Source: Akkermansiaceae bacterium (GTDB lineage Bacteria > Verrucomicrobiota > Verrucomicrobiia > Verrucomicrobiales > Akkermansiaceae). From it: a DNA stretch of 64,000 nt. Below are positions 36,486 to 46,466 of this stretch, piece by piece. The stretch is from positions 42,266 through 106,265 of the forward strand of contig JBPOGF010000016.1 in assembly GCA_051251915.1 (NCBI GenBank), read 5' to 3'. Every line of letters begins with the position of its first letter. The stretch's first letter is position 1. Both the position numbers and the translations under genes were made by a program. Under the pieces are notes generated by a model. The model worked only from the letters and a program-made list of their open reading frames with translations, made no database searches and had not been told where the DNA came from.

Positions 36486-37997
36486 TTAGTTGCCGAGGTA
36501 GGATGGTTTGTCTACTCCGTAGGTTTGGAGGATTCTGGTGTTGTGGTTCTGGATGTCTTTGCCTGGGAGTATGATGGGGCGGCTTAGTCCATCGCATCTT
36601 ATTTCGAAGAACTCGGGGGTGACTGCTGGGTTGAGGAGCTTATGGAGTTGCTGGATGTCGGTGATTTTGACTCCGTTGATAGACTCGATGGCATTTCCTT
36701 TGTAGCTGGATATGTATGAGTTGATGGGGTCATCTAGGACGTTGGTTAGGATGACTATGTCTTGACGTTTTTTGAAGATGTTTTCGGTGAGGTATTTGGT
36801 AAATAGTCTTCTTACTCGAGGGTTACTTATCCTTAGTTCTGAGTAGAGGTTTCTAGAAAGGGGTTGGAATACTAGGCCTCCTTGGATGGTGTATTGGGGG
36901 CGTTTTCCGTATTGGATAGAGTAGATGTCAGATGCGGGGAAGGGCTTGAGGGTGACCTCGGCAGATTGTTTTTTGCCATCGCGGATGAAGTCGAGTAGGA
37001 CTTTGTCTCCGGCGAATTTACGTTCTACGATTTCACTCATATTGACGCGTTCTCCTTCTATGTCTACGCTGCCTGCGCTGTCGATGGACTTGCCGTCAAT
37101 GGCGGTGAGGATGTCGCCTTCTTTGAGGATGCCGTCGACTGGGCCGTCTTTGTAAAACCTGGCGACTAGGATTCCTGGATCATCTTGACCTAGGTTGTAG
37201 ACCTTGCGCATGGCGGGATTAAATAGTGGGAATGTGGAGACTCCGAGGTCGACGTATTCATCATATGTTCCGTCTTCGATGTCCTTTAGGAAGCGTGTGA
37301 TGACTGGGGTGGGGATCATGTAGCCGGTGTTGTCAGCAGTGGTGAGGCCTTGGAATGCGACTCCTACTACTTTGCCGTCTTGGAGGACTGGGCCTCCTGA
37401 GTTTCCAGGGTTGATGGCGGCATCGATCTGGACGACTAGGTGCTTGTGAGATCTGCTGTGGGCGTAGGATCTGAAGTCTATGCGTGAGACTACGCCACGG
37501 GTGACTGAGATGCGATCTCCGCCGACTGGGTAGCCGATGACTCGGACTTGGGATTCTAGTTGTGGGACGGTGCCGATTTCTAGGTGTGGGAGGGTCTCAA
37601 ATGGGGTGAAGTCTTCAACTTGTAGGATGGCGAGGTCGCAGTCGTGGGCGATGTGGAGGACGCGGGCTGGGTGCTTGCGTGCGGAGCCGTGCATGGTGAT
37701 GAGGACGCGTCTGGCATTGGAGACGACGTGTGCGTTGGTGAGGAAGGTGTTCTTGCCGATGATGAATCCTGTGCCTGTTCCACCGCCAAATTTTCCAGAG
37801 TTCCATGGGGCGCTGTAGCTTGGGGTTTGGGTTGCGACTTCTATGCGGACAACGGATTTGTAGATGTCTGATGATTTGGGAATTTGGGGGAGGTCTTGGG
37901 GTGGTAGTGGGCTGACCTGAGTTTGCGCAAGTGCGGAGGATGTGATGCTAGCGACTCCTAGGGTGAGACAAACTAGGTGAGAGATAAACAATTTCAT
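36486..37997 (-). CDS. HtrA/Deg2-like serine protease with PDZ domains
   Basis: GTGF, TNAHVV, DCDLAI, QIDAAINPGNSGGP; GGLVFQPL second PDZ; signal peptide. Confidence 0.92.
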   Translation of the reverse strand: MKLFISHLVCLTLGVASITSSALAQTQVSPLPPQDLPQIPKSSDIYKSVVRIEVATQTPSYSAPWNSGKFGGGTGTGFIIGKNTFLTNAHVVSNARRVLITMHGSARKHPARVLHIAHDCDLAILQVEDFTPFETLPHLEIGTVPQLESQVRVIGYPVGGDRISVTRGVVSRIDFRSYAHSRSHKHLVVQIDAAINPGNSGGPVLQDGKVVGVAFQGLTTADNTGYMIPTPVITRFLKDIEDGTYDEYVDLGVSTFPLFNPAMRKVYNLGQDDPGILVARFYKDGPVDGILKEGDILTAIDGKSIDSAGSVDIEGERVNMSEIVERKFAGDKVLLDFIRDGKKQSAEVTLKPFPASDIYSIQYGKRPQYTIQGGLVFQPLSRNLYSELRISNPRVRRLFTKYLTENIFKKRQDIVILTNVLDDPINSYISSYKGNAIESINGVKITDIQQLHKLLNPAVTPEFFEIRCDGLSRPIILPGKDIQNHNTRILQTYGVDKPSYLGN

Positions 37998-38044
37998 ATG
38001 AGTGAAAATCTAGGGTAAAATGATGCTGGTGGAAGCTAAAAGGC

Positions 38045-38083
38045 AAAAAAATAGCGGTGCGCTCAGTTGTGAGCGCGCCGCTA
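38045..38083 (-). terminator. Terminator of mscL
   Basis: TAGCGGTGCGCTCA-GTTG-TGAGCGCGCCGCTA with an A7 run (T-run on the minus strand). Confidence 0.8.
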
Positions 38084-38117
38084 GGAAGTTGATTAGGGTA
38101 AGATATTCTAGGAATTC

Positions 38118-38510
38118 TTACTTCTTGAGTTGCTCGAGGATTTCAGCGAGGAGAACTTCTTGCTTGCTTGGAGCTGCAGGCTCCGCTGGCTTCTCTTCTT
38201 CTTTCTTCTCAAATGCTGCGATGAATTTCTTCACAACGATGAAGACTACGAATGCGAGAAGTGTGAATGCGATGAATTCATCGAGGAAGCTACCGTATTT
38301 GATAGCAACTTCGTTTTCTTCACCTGCATTGGCTAGAACTAACTTGAGGTTATCGAATTTGATTCCACCCATGAGTAGACCGAGAACGGGCATTACGCAG
38401 TTTGTGACGAATGATTTGACTACAGCTGAGAAGCCGGCACCGAGGATGAAGCCTACAGCCATGTCTACGAGGTTGCCTTTGAAGGCGAATTCTTTGAATT
38501 GTTTGAACAT
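38118..38510 (-). CDS. mscL: Large-conductance mechanosensitive channel
   Basis: FKEFAFKGNLVDMAVGFILG, YGSFL, LLAEI. Confidence 0.95.
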   Translation of the reverse strand: MFKQFKEFAFKGNLVDMAVGFILGAGFSAVVKSFVTNCVMPVLGLLMGGIKFDNLKLVLANAGEENEVAIKYGSFLDEFIAFTLLAFVVFIVVKKFIAAFEKKEEEKPAEPAAPSKQEVLLAEILEQLKK

Positions 38511-38780
38511 AATTTTTTGTTAGTTGTTTTTGTATTAGGAAGGTGAAAATTACCTTACGAGGATTAACTGGCATGGTTTTTCTGGGATGGCTAGTAAATA
38601 TTGCTGTGTAAGGCATTAATCTAGCTCTAGATATGTATAAATCTATTGGGTGGAAGTATTTTGGCCTTTTACTAATGAGTTTCGTCTACTAAAGGTTCGT
38701 TGTCTGTTACATAGATGCCTCTGTAGGCTGAGGGGGAGCGTTACTACTAAGTGGTAGTTTTAGGAGACAAAAGGAAATCA

Positions 38781-39290
38781 ATGATCATGGATGAAGCGAT
38801 TAAAATAGACTCAATGTTTGACGGAAGATCTCATCACGGATCTTTTCGTTATCATTTGTGGCATCGGTGGGGGCGTTGGCTGGTGTTGAGGCGGGTGGTT
38901 TGTATTGCTATGGTGCTGATCGGTGGGGTTTTTGCGATTAAGACATATGGTCGTGGGGATAAGTTTGCAAATTTCATTACGATTAGTTTCGTGTTGTTAG
39001 GGTCGGTGGGGTATATGCGGCCGATGATTTGGCAGATGTGGAATGAGCGGAAGCTGCGAAAACATGCGGCTTATGGGACTGAGATTCATTATGTTTTTAG
39101 TCCTGAGGAGATAGTTATGGATGGTAGTTCTGGGAAGGTGCATGTGCCTTGGAGTGAATTTATAGAGGTGGTGGAGACTAAGAAGGGGTTGTTGCTTTAT
39201 CAGAATAAGAAAGATTACCTGTGGATACCGAGTTATGATTTTGAGGCTGGTGAGATGGGGAAGGTTGTGAGGATGTTTGAGGGGGGGTAG
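38781..39290 (+). CDS. YcxB-family membrane protein
   Basis: Two TM helices, then FSPEEI...VPWSEF.EVVET...LLY...WIP (YcxB-like). Confidence 0.7.
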   Translation: MIMDEAIKIDSMFDGRSHHGSFRYHLWHRWGRWLVLRRVVCIAMVLIGGVFAIKTYGRGDKFANFITISFVLLGSVGYMRPMIWQMWNERKLRKHAAYGTEIHYVFSPEEIVMDGSSGKVHVPWSEFIEVVETKKGLLLYQNKKDYLWIPSYDFEAGEMGKVVRMFEGG

Positions 39291-39398
39291 TTGTTAGTTG
39301 TGCTTTGGGTGATACCTGCGGCGCGGGGTAAAGCTGATGAGGCGGAACTTGGGTTGGAGGGGGCTTTACTTTTAGGTTGTGTGGGGTAGTTTTTTTGT

Positions 39399-39932
39399 AT
39401 GAGTATTTGTACTAAGCGAGGGGATGAGGGGGTGACGGATTTGATGTTTGGGAGGCGGATTGGTAAGACGGAGGTGCGGGTGGAGGCTTGTGGGGCTGTG
39501 GATGAGTTGAATGCTGTTTTGGGGATAGTTAGGAATGCGGAGATTAGTGGTGAGATGGAAGAGTGGGTGGATGATGTTCAGCAGAGGTTGGTGGGGCTGA
39601 TGGGTGTTATTGCTACTCATGAGGAGGATCATGGGAAGTATGCTGAGAAGGGGTATAGGGGGATAGAGGCTAGCGATGTGGAGTGGCTAGAGGAGATCAT
39701 TTCTGATGCTGAATACGAGAAGGGGATAAGCTTCCGTGGGTGGGCTAGGCCTGGGAAGGATGGGAAGTTGGCTTCGGCTTATCTGGACCTTGCTAGGACA
39801 GTTTGCCGGAGAGCTGAGAGGGCTTGTTGGGCGGTGGAGGATGATGCGCTGGGGATGGCGCGGTTGTTTTTGAATAGGTTATCAGATAGCTTGTGGCTAG
39901 TGGCGCGGGAGGCTTCTGTTAGTGGGGGGTAG
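39399..39932 (+). CDS. Cob(I)alamin adenosyltransferase (PduO type)
   Basis: TKRGDEGVT, GAVDELNA, ARTVCRRAER, LNRLSD. Confidence 0.9.
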   Translation: MSICTKRGDEGVTDLMFGRRIGKTEVRVEACGAVDELNAVLGIVRNAEISGEMEEWVDDVQQRLVGLMGVIATHEEDHGKYAEKGYRGIEASDVEWLEEIISDAEYEKGISFRGWARPGKDGKLASAYLDLARTVCRRAERACWAVEDDALGMARLFLNRLSDSLWLVAREASVSGG

Positions 39933-39962
39933 AAGGTGCTGGGGGAGGGGTGAAGTTATCTG

Positions 39963-40688
39963 TTAGAAACTGACTGCGAAGTAGACTCCGCCGGAGAGTG
40001 AATTTTCTGCTTCGTCGTGAATGGCGATACTGGTGGCCACGAAGGGTGATAGGGAGACGCTGTCGCTGATGTTGTAGGTGTATTCTAGTTTGGCGAAGAT
40101 GTGGTGGAGGCCGCTGCGATCATAGTAATCTGCTGTGGCGCCGACTCCTGTGCTGAAGAGGAGGTAGGAGCTGTTGGAGACTTCCTGGTAGGCTGAGGCT
40201 TTGATTTCTCCGTAGGCTCCTTTTGCGCCGGTGTCGTAGGTGAGGAGGGCGGTGAAGTCGATGGTGTCATTGAGGACCCAGTTGACGCTGCCGCCTAGAT
40301 CTGCGCCGGATTTGAACTGGGATTTGAGCTGGGTGTTAGCGTAGTCTCTGAGGGTGAGTTTGGCGGTGTAGGTGAGGTCTCCGATGTTCTTGGAGAAGTC
40401 GATGAAGGCTCCTGCTTCGGTGAAGTCTCCATCGCCGGTGGCGGTGCCGAAGTAGAGGCCGATGTCGATGGTCTCGGTGTTAGATAGAGCGACTTGGCCG
40501 GCGAGCTGGAATTCCATGCTTTTATCAGCGAGCTTGAAGCCGCGATACATGTATTCTGAGCGCCAGGTGGTGAGCCCTTCTAGGCCGTATTTGATTTCTC
40601 CGTCGGTGACTTTATCGATAGTTGATTCTGCGGCGGTGGCAGATAAGCATGTTAGAGAGATGATTGATAGGCTGGTGATGAGCTTCAT
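39963..40688 (-). CDS. Putative outer-membrane beta-barrel protein
   Basis: Signal peptide, SEYMYRG motif, alternating beta strands, C-terminal YFAVSF. Confidence 0.7.
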   Translation of the reverse strand: MKLITSLSIISLTCLSATAAESTIDKVTDGEIKYGLEGLTTWRSEYMYRGFKLADKSMEFQLAGQVALSNTETIDIGLYFGTATGDGDFTEAGAFIDFSKNIGDLTYTAKLTLRDYANTQLKSQFKSGADLGGSVNWVLNDTIDFTALLTYDTGAKGAYGEIKASAYQEVSNSSYLLFSTGVGATADYYDRSGLHHIFAKLEYTYNISDSVSLSPFVATSIAIHDEAENSLSGGVYFAVSF

Positions 40689-40696
40689 GGTGAGTG

Positions 40697-41851
40697 TTAT
40701 TGGGTTGCGGTTGAGAGCTTGTCGAATGATGCTTTGATTTTGGCAAGGCCTTCTAGGACGCGCTCATGTGGGCATCCGTAGTTGAAGCGGATGTGCTGTG
40801 GGCTGGCGAAGTATGCGCCGTCTGAGAGGAAGAGGCCGGCGTCTTTTTCTAGGTATACGGCGGGGTTGTCTAGGCCTAGTTTAGAGCAGTCTATCCATGC
40901 GAGGTAGGTGGCTTCTATGTTTGGTATGGTGAGGTATGGCATTTCCTTTCTGACGAAATCTGTGATGGTGTCGCGATTTTTCTTGAGGTAGGCGAGGAGT
41001 TCTTGGCGCCATGGTTCACCGTGACGGTAGGCTGCTTCTGCGGTGTAGAAGGCGATGCAGTTGATCTCTGGGAGTGTGTGACCTTTGGTTTGATTAAACC
41101 TTCTGCGGAGGGTGTCATTTTCGATGATGGCGAATGCGTAGCCCAGGCCTGCGATGTTGTAGGTCTTGGATGGAGCTTGGAGGATGATGAGTTTCTGCTT
41201 GAGGTGCTCTGGTAAATGGATGGCGCTGAAGAATGGCTGGGTGTCTTCGTTGAAGACGAGGTCGCAGTGGATTTCATCTGATACGAGGACGAGGTCGTGC
41301 TCGAGGCAGAATTCTGCTAGCTGGGTGACTTCTTCTTTGGTGAATGATCTGCCGAGTGGGTTCTGAGGGTTGCAGAGGATGAAGACTTCTGTTTTGTCTG
41401 TGACTGCGGCTTCCATGGCGTCCCAGTCGAAGGTGTATTTGCCTTCTGTTAGAGTGTGTGGGACTTGGATAGTTTCAGCTTGAGCATCATGAGCTACGCC
41501 GAGGAATGGAGGGTAAACTGGGGTGCAAGTCATGATGGCTGCTCCAGGAGAGACGAAGGCTCTAGCGATGAGTGAGAGGGCAACTACTAGCCCGCCGAGG
41601 TGGATGAGGTGGTCTGCATTGACGGTGGCATTGTGGCGGGTGGAGAGGTAATCTGTGATGGCCTCGCTGAGGCCATCATGGGCGTGGGCGTAGCCGAAGA
41701 CTCCGTGGTTCACACGTTCTTGGACGGCATCTAGCACGCACTGTGGAGATGTGAAGTCCATGTCGGCAACCCAGAATGGGTCGAGTTCTGGGCGGCGATC
41801 CCATTTGATAGATCCTGTGCCGCGTCTTGGAATGATGGTGTCAAAGCTCAT
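40697..41851 (-). CDS. MalY/PatB-family PLP-dependent C-S lyase
   Basis: WVADMDF, LCNPQNPLG, SDEIHCD, APSKTYNIAGL, EATYLAWID. Confidence 0.92.
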   Translation of the reverse strand: MSFDTIIPRRGTGSIKWDRRPELDPFWVADMDFTSPQCVLDAVQERVNHGVFGYAHAHDGLSEAITDYLSTRHNATVNADHLIHLGGLVVALSLIARAFVSPGAAIMTCTPVYPPFLGVAHDAQAETIQVPHTLTEGKYTFDWDAMEAAVTDKTEVFILCNPQNPLGRSFTKEEVTQLAEFCLEHDLVLVSDEIHCDLVFNEDTQPFFSAIHLPEHLKQKLIILQAPSKTYNIAGLGYAFAIIENDTLRRRFNQTKGHTLPEINCIAFYTAEAAYRHGEPWRQELLAYLKKNRDTITDFVRKEMPYLTIPNIEATYLAWIDCSKLGLDNPAVYLEKDAGLFLSDGAYFASPQHIRFNYGCPHERVLEGLAKIKASFDKLSTATQ

Positions 41852-41897
41852 GCGCGGATGTTGCCTGAGTCAGGCTGAAATCAAAGTAAAAAATAAG

Positions 41898-42515
41898 TCA
41901 GAGTTCCCGATAAAATTTCTTGAGCTTGGGGCCGACGGGGGAGTCCATGGCGAGTTGCCAGTCTGAGCTGGTGTGGATGACTGGGAGTTTTGGTAAATGG
42001 GCGGCGTGCTCGTCAGCATCGCTGCTAGAGGTAAGTTTTTGGTGCTGGATGGTGAGGTAGTTTTCTCCTTTGACTTGGGTGGTCTCGGTGCATTGCATCA
42101 TGGCTGCATTGATCCAGCGTGAACTGCACTGCGGGCAATGGGCTGAGAGTAGGGCTGATTTTTGGAAGTCAGTGGTGGGTGGGTGCTGATCTATGGTGAA
42201 CTCGATGGTGAATTCTGGTGCATTTTGTTCAGGGGTGAAACAGAAGTGATTTTTCTGCTTGATGACTTTTCCTCTGAATAATGGCAATATCCAGAAGCTT
42301 ACAGCATCAATAGCCTCAGGTTCGGCCGGTGAAACGATGAATCTAACATGGGTGTCATTTAATCCGGTGAGCTGGCTGATCAGGACGCAAATTAGTGAAC
42401 GGTAGCGTTTCTCTGCTTCATTGACTTCATCGGCTAAAGCATGGTGTGCGCTTGGTTGAGCGGGGTTACTGGTCGGTTCTTCGATGTGGATTTGCAGGAT
42501 GTTAGGTTTGGTCAT
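41898..42515 (-). CDS. Hypothetical protein, possibly a degenerate DUF2064/GT-A-like protein
   Basis: EEP...A..Y..L N-terminus and LPKLPVIHTSSDW C-terminus loosely resemble DUF2064; ATG 42515 preferred. Confidence 0.5.
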   Translation of the reverse strand: MTKPNILQIHIEEPTSNPAQPSAHHALADEVNEAEKRYRSLICVLISQLTGLNDTHVRFIVSPAEPEAIDAVSFWILPLFRGKVIKQKNHFCFTPEQNAPEFTIEFTIDQHPPTTDFQKSALLSAHCPQCSSRWINAAMMQCTETTQVKGENYLTIQHQKLTSSSDADEHAAHLPKLPVIHTSSDWQLAMDSPVGPKLKKFYREL

Positions 42516-42664
42516 GATGAGCTCGGTGTTTTGAATCACTGGAGGTAAGTTTTGTGGAAACGAAGCGATGATGCAAGGGGATATGGGGAAAAGCATGGTC
42601 TAATTTGATGCCTGACCAGAGTGATGATCATGAGGACTGGGACTGATCGAAGCTAGTTTTAATA

Positions 42665-42692
42665 TTGACGCATTTCGTAGTGATTACATAAT
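42665..42692 (+). promoter_or_regulatory. Candidate sigma70 promoter of the giant pilin-like gene
   Basis: TTGACG-N16-CATAAT ending 23 bp upstream of the ATG at 42716. Confidence 0.4.
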
Positions 42693-42715
42693 GATTATGA
42701 ATAGTTTAAAGTAAG

Positions 42716-45700
42716 ATGAAAATTTTGATAAACCAGAGATATCATAAGGAGGAGTATGCTAAACGACAATGTGGGTTTGCTCTCATTGCGACAATTTCTA
42801 TGATGGTGCTGTTGATGATGATAGCGCTAGCGATGCTATCTCTCTCGACAACTTACGTCAGGACTTCTCACAGTAATCAAGCTGTAGAAGAAGCTCAGCA
42901 GAATGCTCGAGTTTCTTTAATGATGGCGATTGGTCAGCTGCAGTCGCTGACCGGTCCGGATACGCGGGTCACGGGTAGTTCGAGGTTATTGTCTGAGACT
43001 AATGTCGCGGCGACTGGTGTCTGGAGAAGTTGGGAGGGGACTGATCATGAAAATACGGGCAAGCCGAAAGCTCCGGATTACGATTTGAAAATGCAAACGG
43101 GTGACCCGAATGCTGAACCTAGCAGTACTGCTAGTGATGGTCGGTTTCTTGGCTGGTTAGGGTCCACTTCTTTAAACCCAAGCGTAGGTGATCTGGGTGA
43201 TTTTTCGAAGACGGCGGTAGATGATTATATTCTCATGCTAGGGGAAGGAGGAGTGATGAACACGGATGACCAAGTCTATGTGAAGCCGACTTACGTTGAT
43301 GAAAAGACTGGAGCAGTTGCTTGGTGGACTTGTGGGAATAATAGTAAAGCCATGATTAACGTAGATCGTGTGGCAGTACCTAGCTCAGTGGTGGAATGGC
43401 AACAGCGTGTGCGATCTAATGGGCGCGCTGATAGCGAGACTTTTGGACTTGAAAAAGTGGATGAGCGTGCGGTGGGAGCACGGGTTCCCACTAGGAAAAC
43501 GCTAGGGTTGGTGGATTCTGCAGCTGAAATCCGTAAATTTCATGATCTGACTACTTATAGTAGAGGGTTACTGACTAACACTGCGACAGGTGGCTGGAGA
43601 AAGGATCTTTCTCTTCTAACAGAACAATATGATGAGCTGCCAGACACTGAGCTAGCTTCATTCACGCTGGAGCCTGGGAATGAACAGACATTTTCCAAAG
43701 CTCAGGACGGCAGTTATCCACCTAATCCATTGATCTACCCTTGGACAACGTATCATAGTAGTGCATCTAACAATCAGGTGATAGAGCAGGTGCCGGCGAT
43801 TTGTTCATGGACAGCGCTAGTTGATTACTCATTACAATACCGAAACCTTACCTCTGCTGGAGCAGCTAGAACTTCTATGCCAATTGAGGTGGAAGGAACA
43901 AAATCTAACAGCGACCGGTTTGATTTTCAAGATAAGGTAAGACGTGTCCCGCAGTTGGCACGGCTTCAGTGGATCTATTCACTGTGCTCCCAAAAAATAG
44001 TAGGGGGATCTGATGATGGAAAATATAATCCTGGATTGATGGTGACTCCGGTGGTCACGGTTTGGAACCCATATAATGTAGAGCTGGATGTGAGTAATTA
44101 CCGACTTCTCGCTGAGGAGGTGGCGCCCTTGAATTTTACTTTCAGGGTGGGTGACAAGACTTATAGTAAGAGGAGACTGCGAAATATTGTAACTGGGTGG
44201 TTTGAGCTGACTGTTACTGAACCTTTCACGTTAGCACCTGGAGCGACTCGGATTTTTGGTTTAAGTAGTGCAGATCCAGTGGATGAAGGGACTAAAGTTG
44301 ACATTACTCCAGGATACACTCCGGGGAGTGGTTTTATGATGTTTGGTATTAATAATGGGAAGAAAGTTGTGGCGGATGCGGGGGATACATTTGACATTGA
44401 ATCAGTAGGCTATGATGGAACTAATTCGGGCTCATCTGAGATCAGTCTGTTGTTAAATATTTATGTGAATGAGAACCGCTTGCGTCAGAGGATGAGCTAC
44501 ACGACGAGCGATCTTGGGGGACAGGCGGTGGCTGAACTATTGTATCCGCAGCTGATTCAGAGTATAGGTGTTGATCAAGTGATGGATGTGGAAGGAAGAA
44601 ATAATTTGGCCTTTGCTAGCTCGGTTTTCGGGTATCGGATGGCGAACCCTATTTCTACGGTTCCGGAGCATAGGCACCTTTTTACTAAGGGGATGCTTCA
44701 GGCGAATCCGCTGAATAATCATGCGGCGGTAGGGAATGAATTTTTTACTGAAACAGGAGTGTCTGCTTCGGGAGGATCCATGGCTTCCGTGGCTGGCACT
44801 GGAGCATTTCACCCGGCGAATGCGCCCTTTGACTTTGCGTTTCTGGATGTGCAGGGATGGAATGATACGCGTTACATGCCTCAGCTAGAAATTAGCACGA
44901 ATAGCAGTTACATTGTATCTGGAGTCACTGCTGGGGATGGTCTCACTCGCTGTGTTATGGCGGAGCTTCCTACACGGCCGTTGCTGAGTTTAGGGCAGCT
45001 ACAGCATTTTGATGCTCGTAATAATAACCCCGTTCCTCCGTTTCAGTTTAACTTGATTGGGAACGGATCTGCTCATCCTATTTTTGGGCCTGAGCAGCTC
45101 GCTGTGCCTACTTCGACGAGTTTGCCTGATTTGGTTAATGATGATACCTACATGTTGAACCATCTGTTGTTCGATGATTGGTTTTTCTCATCGATTGCTC
45201 CGGATCTTGATGATTTTGGTAAACATACAGATAGGGATTACGAAACGGTTTATGAGGATCATTTTAATGGTATAGAATCTTTGACCAATCGATTTTATCT
45301 ACCAGCTAGAAGTGCTGATGAAAATGCTGTGAATACGGTTAAAGACGAAGATACTGGGCTCTATACTTACCAGACAATTGCTTCTCAGTTAGAGGTCGAT
45401 GGAATGTTTAATATCAATTCGGTGTCGGTGGATGCATGGAAGGCTATTCTTAGCCATAATCGTGATGCTGAGGTGCCTTACCTAAGTCCTGCGGGGGCTA
45501 CTGCTTCAGCTGGAGCTGGTGGTTTTCCCTATCCAAGAACCTCGATTGCTGGTGATAAGGCGACGGATTCAGGTTCACGGGATTCAAATGCAACGAATGG
45601 TGATGCTGCGTATTTTGCTGGCTACACGGCTCTCACCGATGTGCAGATCGATGCCCTTGCTGAGGAAATAGTAAAAGAGATACGTAAGCGTGGGCCATTT

Positions 45701-46222
45701 CTTTCTTTGTCTGAGTTTGTAAATAGGCAGGTCACGTCAGATAAGGATCTAGCTATTGCTAGTACGATTCAGAAGGCTTTGGATAATCTAGCTGACTCAG
45801 GAAGTTCAGCCCAAAACCCATTTGCTGAAATTCAATCTAGAGCCGTCGATGTGACCACTCTGCCCCCGGGGAATACGGATTATAAATTTCCAGAAGCGGC
45901 CTTGGGGTCTTCTGCCTTTGGGGTTCCAGGTTGGATGCGTCAGGCGGATATCCTTATGCCATTAGCCCCGATCCTTAGTGCCCGTGACGACACATTCACT
46001 ATCCGCGCCTACGGCGATGCCAGAGATAAGTCCGATTCTACCAAGATACTAGCAACTGCTTGGTGTGAAGCTACGGTTCAACGTAGAGCGGCTTACTTGG
46101 ATCCAGCTGATAAAAGCAGTGTTGCACCTTATTCCTCAGAGATGACGTCCGAGGTGAATAAACGTTATGGGAGACGTTATGAGATAGTTTCTTTTCGCTG
46201 GTTGAGTCGAGAGGAGATCTAG
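42716..46222 (+). CDS. Large PilX/Verru_Chthon cassette protein A-like protein (1168 aa)
   Basis: Prepilin-like G^FALIATISMMVLL, AQQNAR..L..AIGQLQ...GPDTRVT; C-terminal RGPFLSLSEFVNR, QADIL..LAP.LSARDDTFTIRAYG, GRRYEIVSFRWL. Confidence 0.75.
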   Translation: MKILINQRYHKEEYAKRQCGFALIATISMMVLLMMIALAMLSLSTTYVRTSHSNQAVEEAQQNARVSLMMAIGQLQSLTGPDTRVTGSSRLLSETNVAATGVWRSWEGTDHENTGKPKAPDYDLKMQTGDPNAEPSSTASDGRFLGWLGSTSLNPSVGDLGDFSKTAVDDYILMLGEGGVMNTDDQVYVKPTYVDEKTGAVAWWTCGNNSKAMINVDRVAVPSSVVEWQQRVRSNGRADSETFGLEKVDERAVGARVPTRKTLGLVDSAAEIRKFHDLTTYSRGLLTNTATGGWRKDLSLLTEQYDELPDTELASFTLEPGNEQTFSKAQDGSYPPNPLIYPWTTYHSSASNNQVIEQVPAICSWTALVDYSLQYRNLTSAGAARTSMPIEVEGTKSNSDRFDFQDKVRRVPQLARLQWIYSLCSQKIVGGSDDGKYNPGLMVTPVVTVWNPYNVELDVSNYRLLAEEVAPLNFTFRVGDKTYSKRRLRNIVTGWFELTVTEPFTLAPGATRIFGLSSADPVDEGTKVDITPGYTPGSGFMMFGINNGKKVVADAGDTFDIESVGYDGTNSGSSEISLLLNIYVNENRLRQRMSYTTSDLGGQAVAELLYPQLIQSIGVDQVMDVEGRNNLAFASSVFGYRMANPISTVPEHRHLFTKGMLQANPLNNHAAVGNEFFTETGVSASGGSMASVAGTGAFHPANAPFDFAFLDVQGWNDTRYMPQLEISTNSSYIVSGVTAGDGLTRCVMAELPTRPLLSLGQLQHFDARNNNPVPPFQFNLIGNGSAHPIFGPEQLAVPTSTSLPDLVNDDTYMLNHLLFDDWFFSSIAPDLDDFGKHTDRDYETVYEDHFNGIESLTNRFYLPARSADENAVNTVKDEDTGLYTYQTIASQLEVDGMFNINSVSVDAWKAILSHNRDAEVPYLSPAGATASAGAGGFPYPRTSIAGDKATDSGSRDSNATNGDAAYFAGYTALTDVQIDALAEEIVKEIRKRGPFLSLSEFVNRQVTSDKDLAIASTIQKALDNLADSGSSAQNPFAEIQSRAVDVTTLPPGNTDYKFPEAALGSSAFGVPGWMRQADILMPLAPILSARDDTFTIRAYGDARDKSDSTKILATAWCEATVQRRAAYLDPADKSSVAPYSSEMTSEVNKRYGRRYEIVSFRWLSREEI

Positions 46223-46466
46223 CTGATGAGTGATTGGACGGCTAGATTTTGAGAGGAGCCATGGGGTTCACTCGGTGGACTTGAAATTTACGATGTTTTG
46301 AATCACTAGGGGTCAGTTTTTTGTTTTTGGGGTGTAGAAACCAGGGGATATAGTTATTAAGAAAAGCTAAGGTCTGGGCAATCGGTTCTTGCAAAATGGG
46401 GGTTTTCTGAGGATGGTTAGCTGTACGAAGAGCATTTAATAGCGAGACAGTAGGGAAAAAAAGACA

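Noticed and set aside
39941..39950. KOPS-like GGGNAGGG motifs on the + strand (also near 20506, 50466 and 61578)
   Set aside because: Expected by chance from + strand G-richness; the KOPS sequence for this lineage cannot be established from the window.
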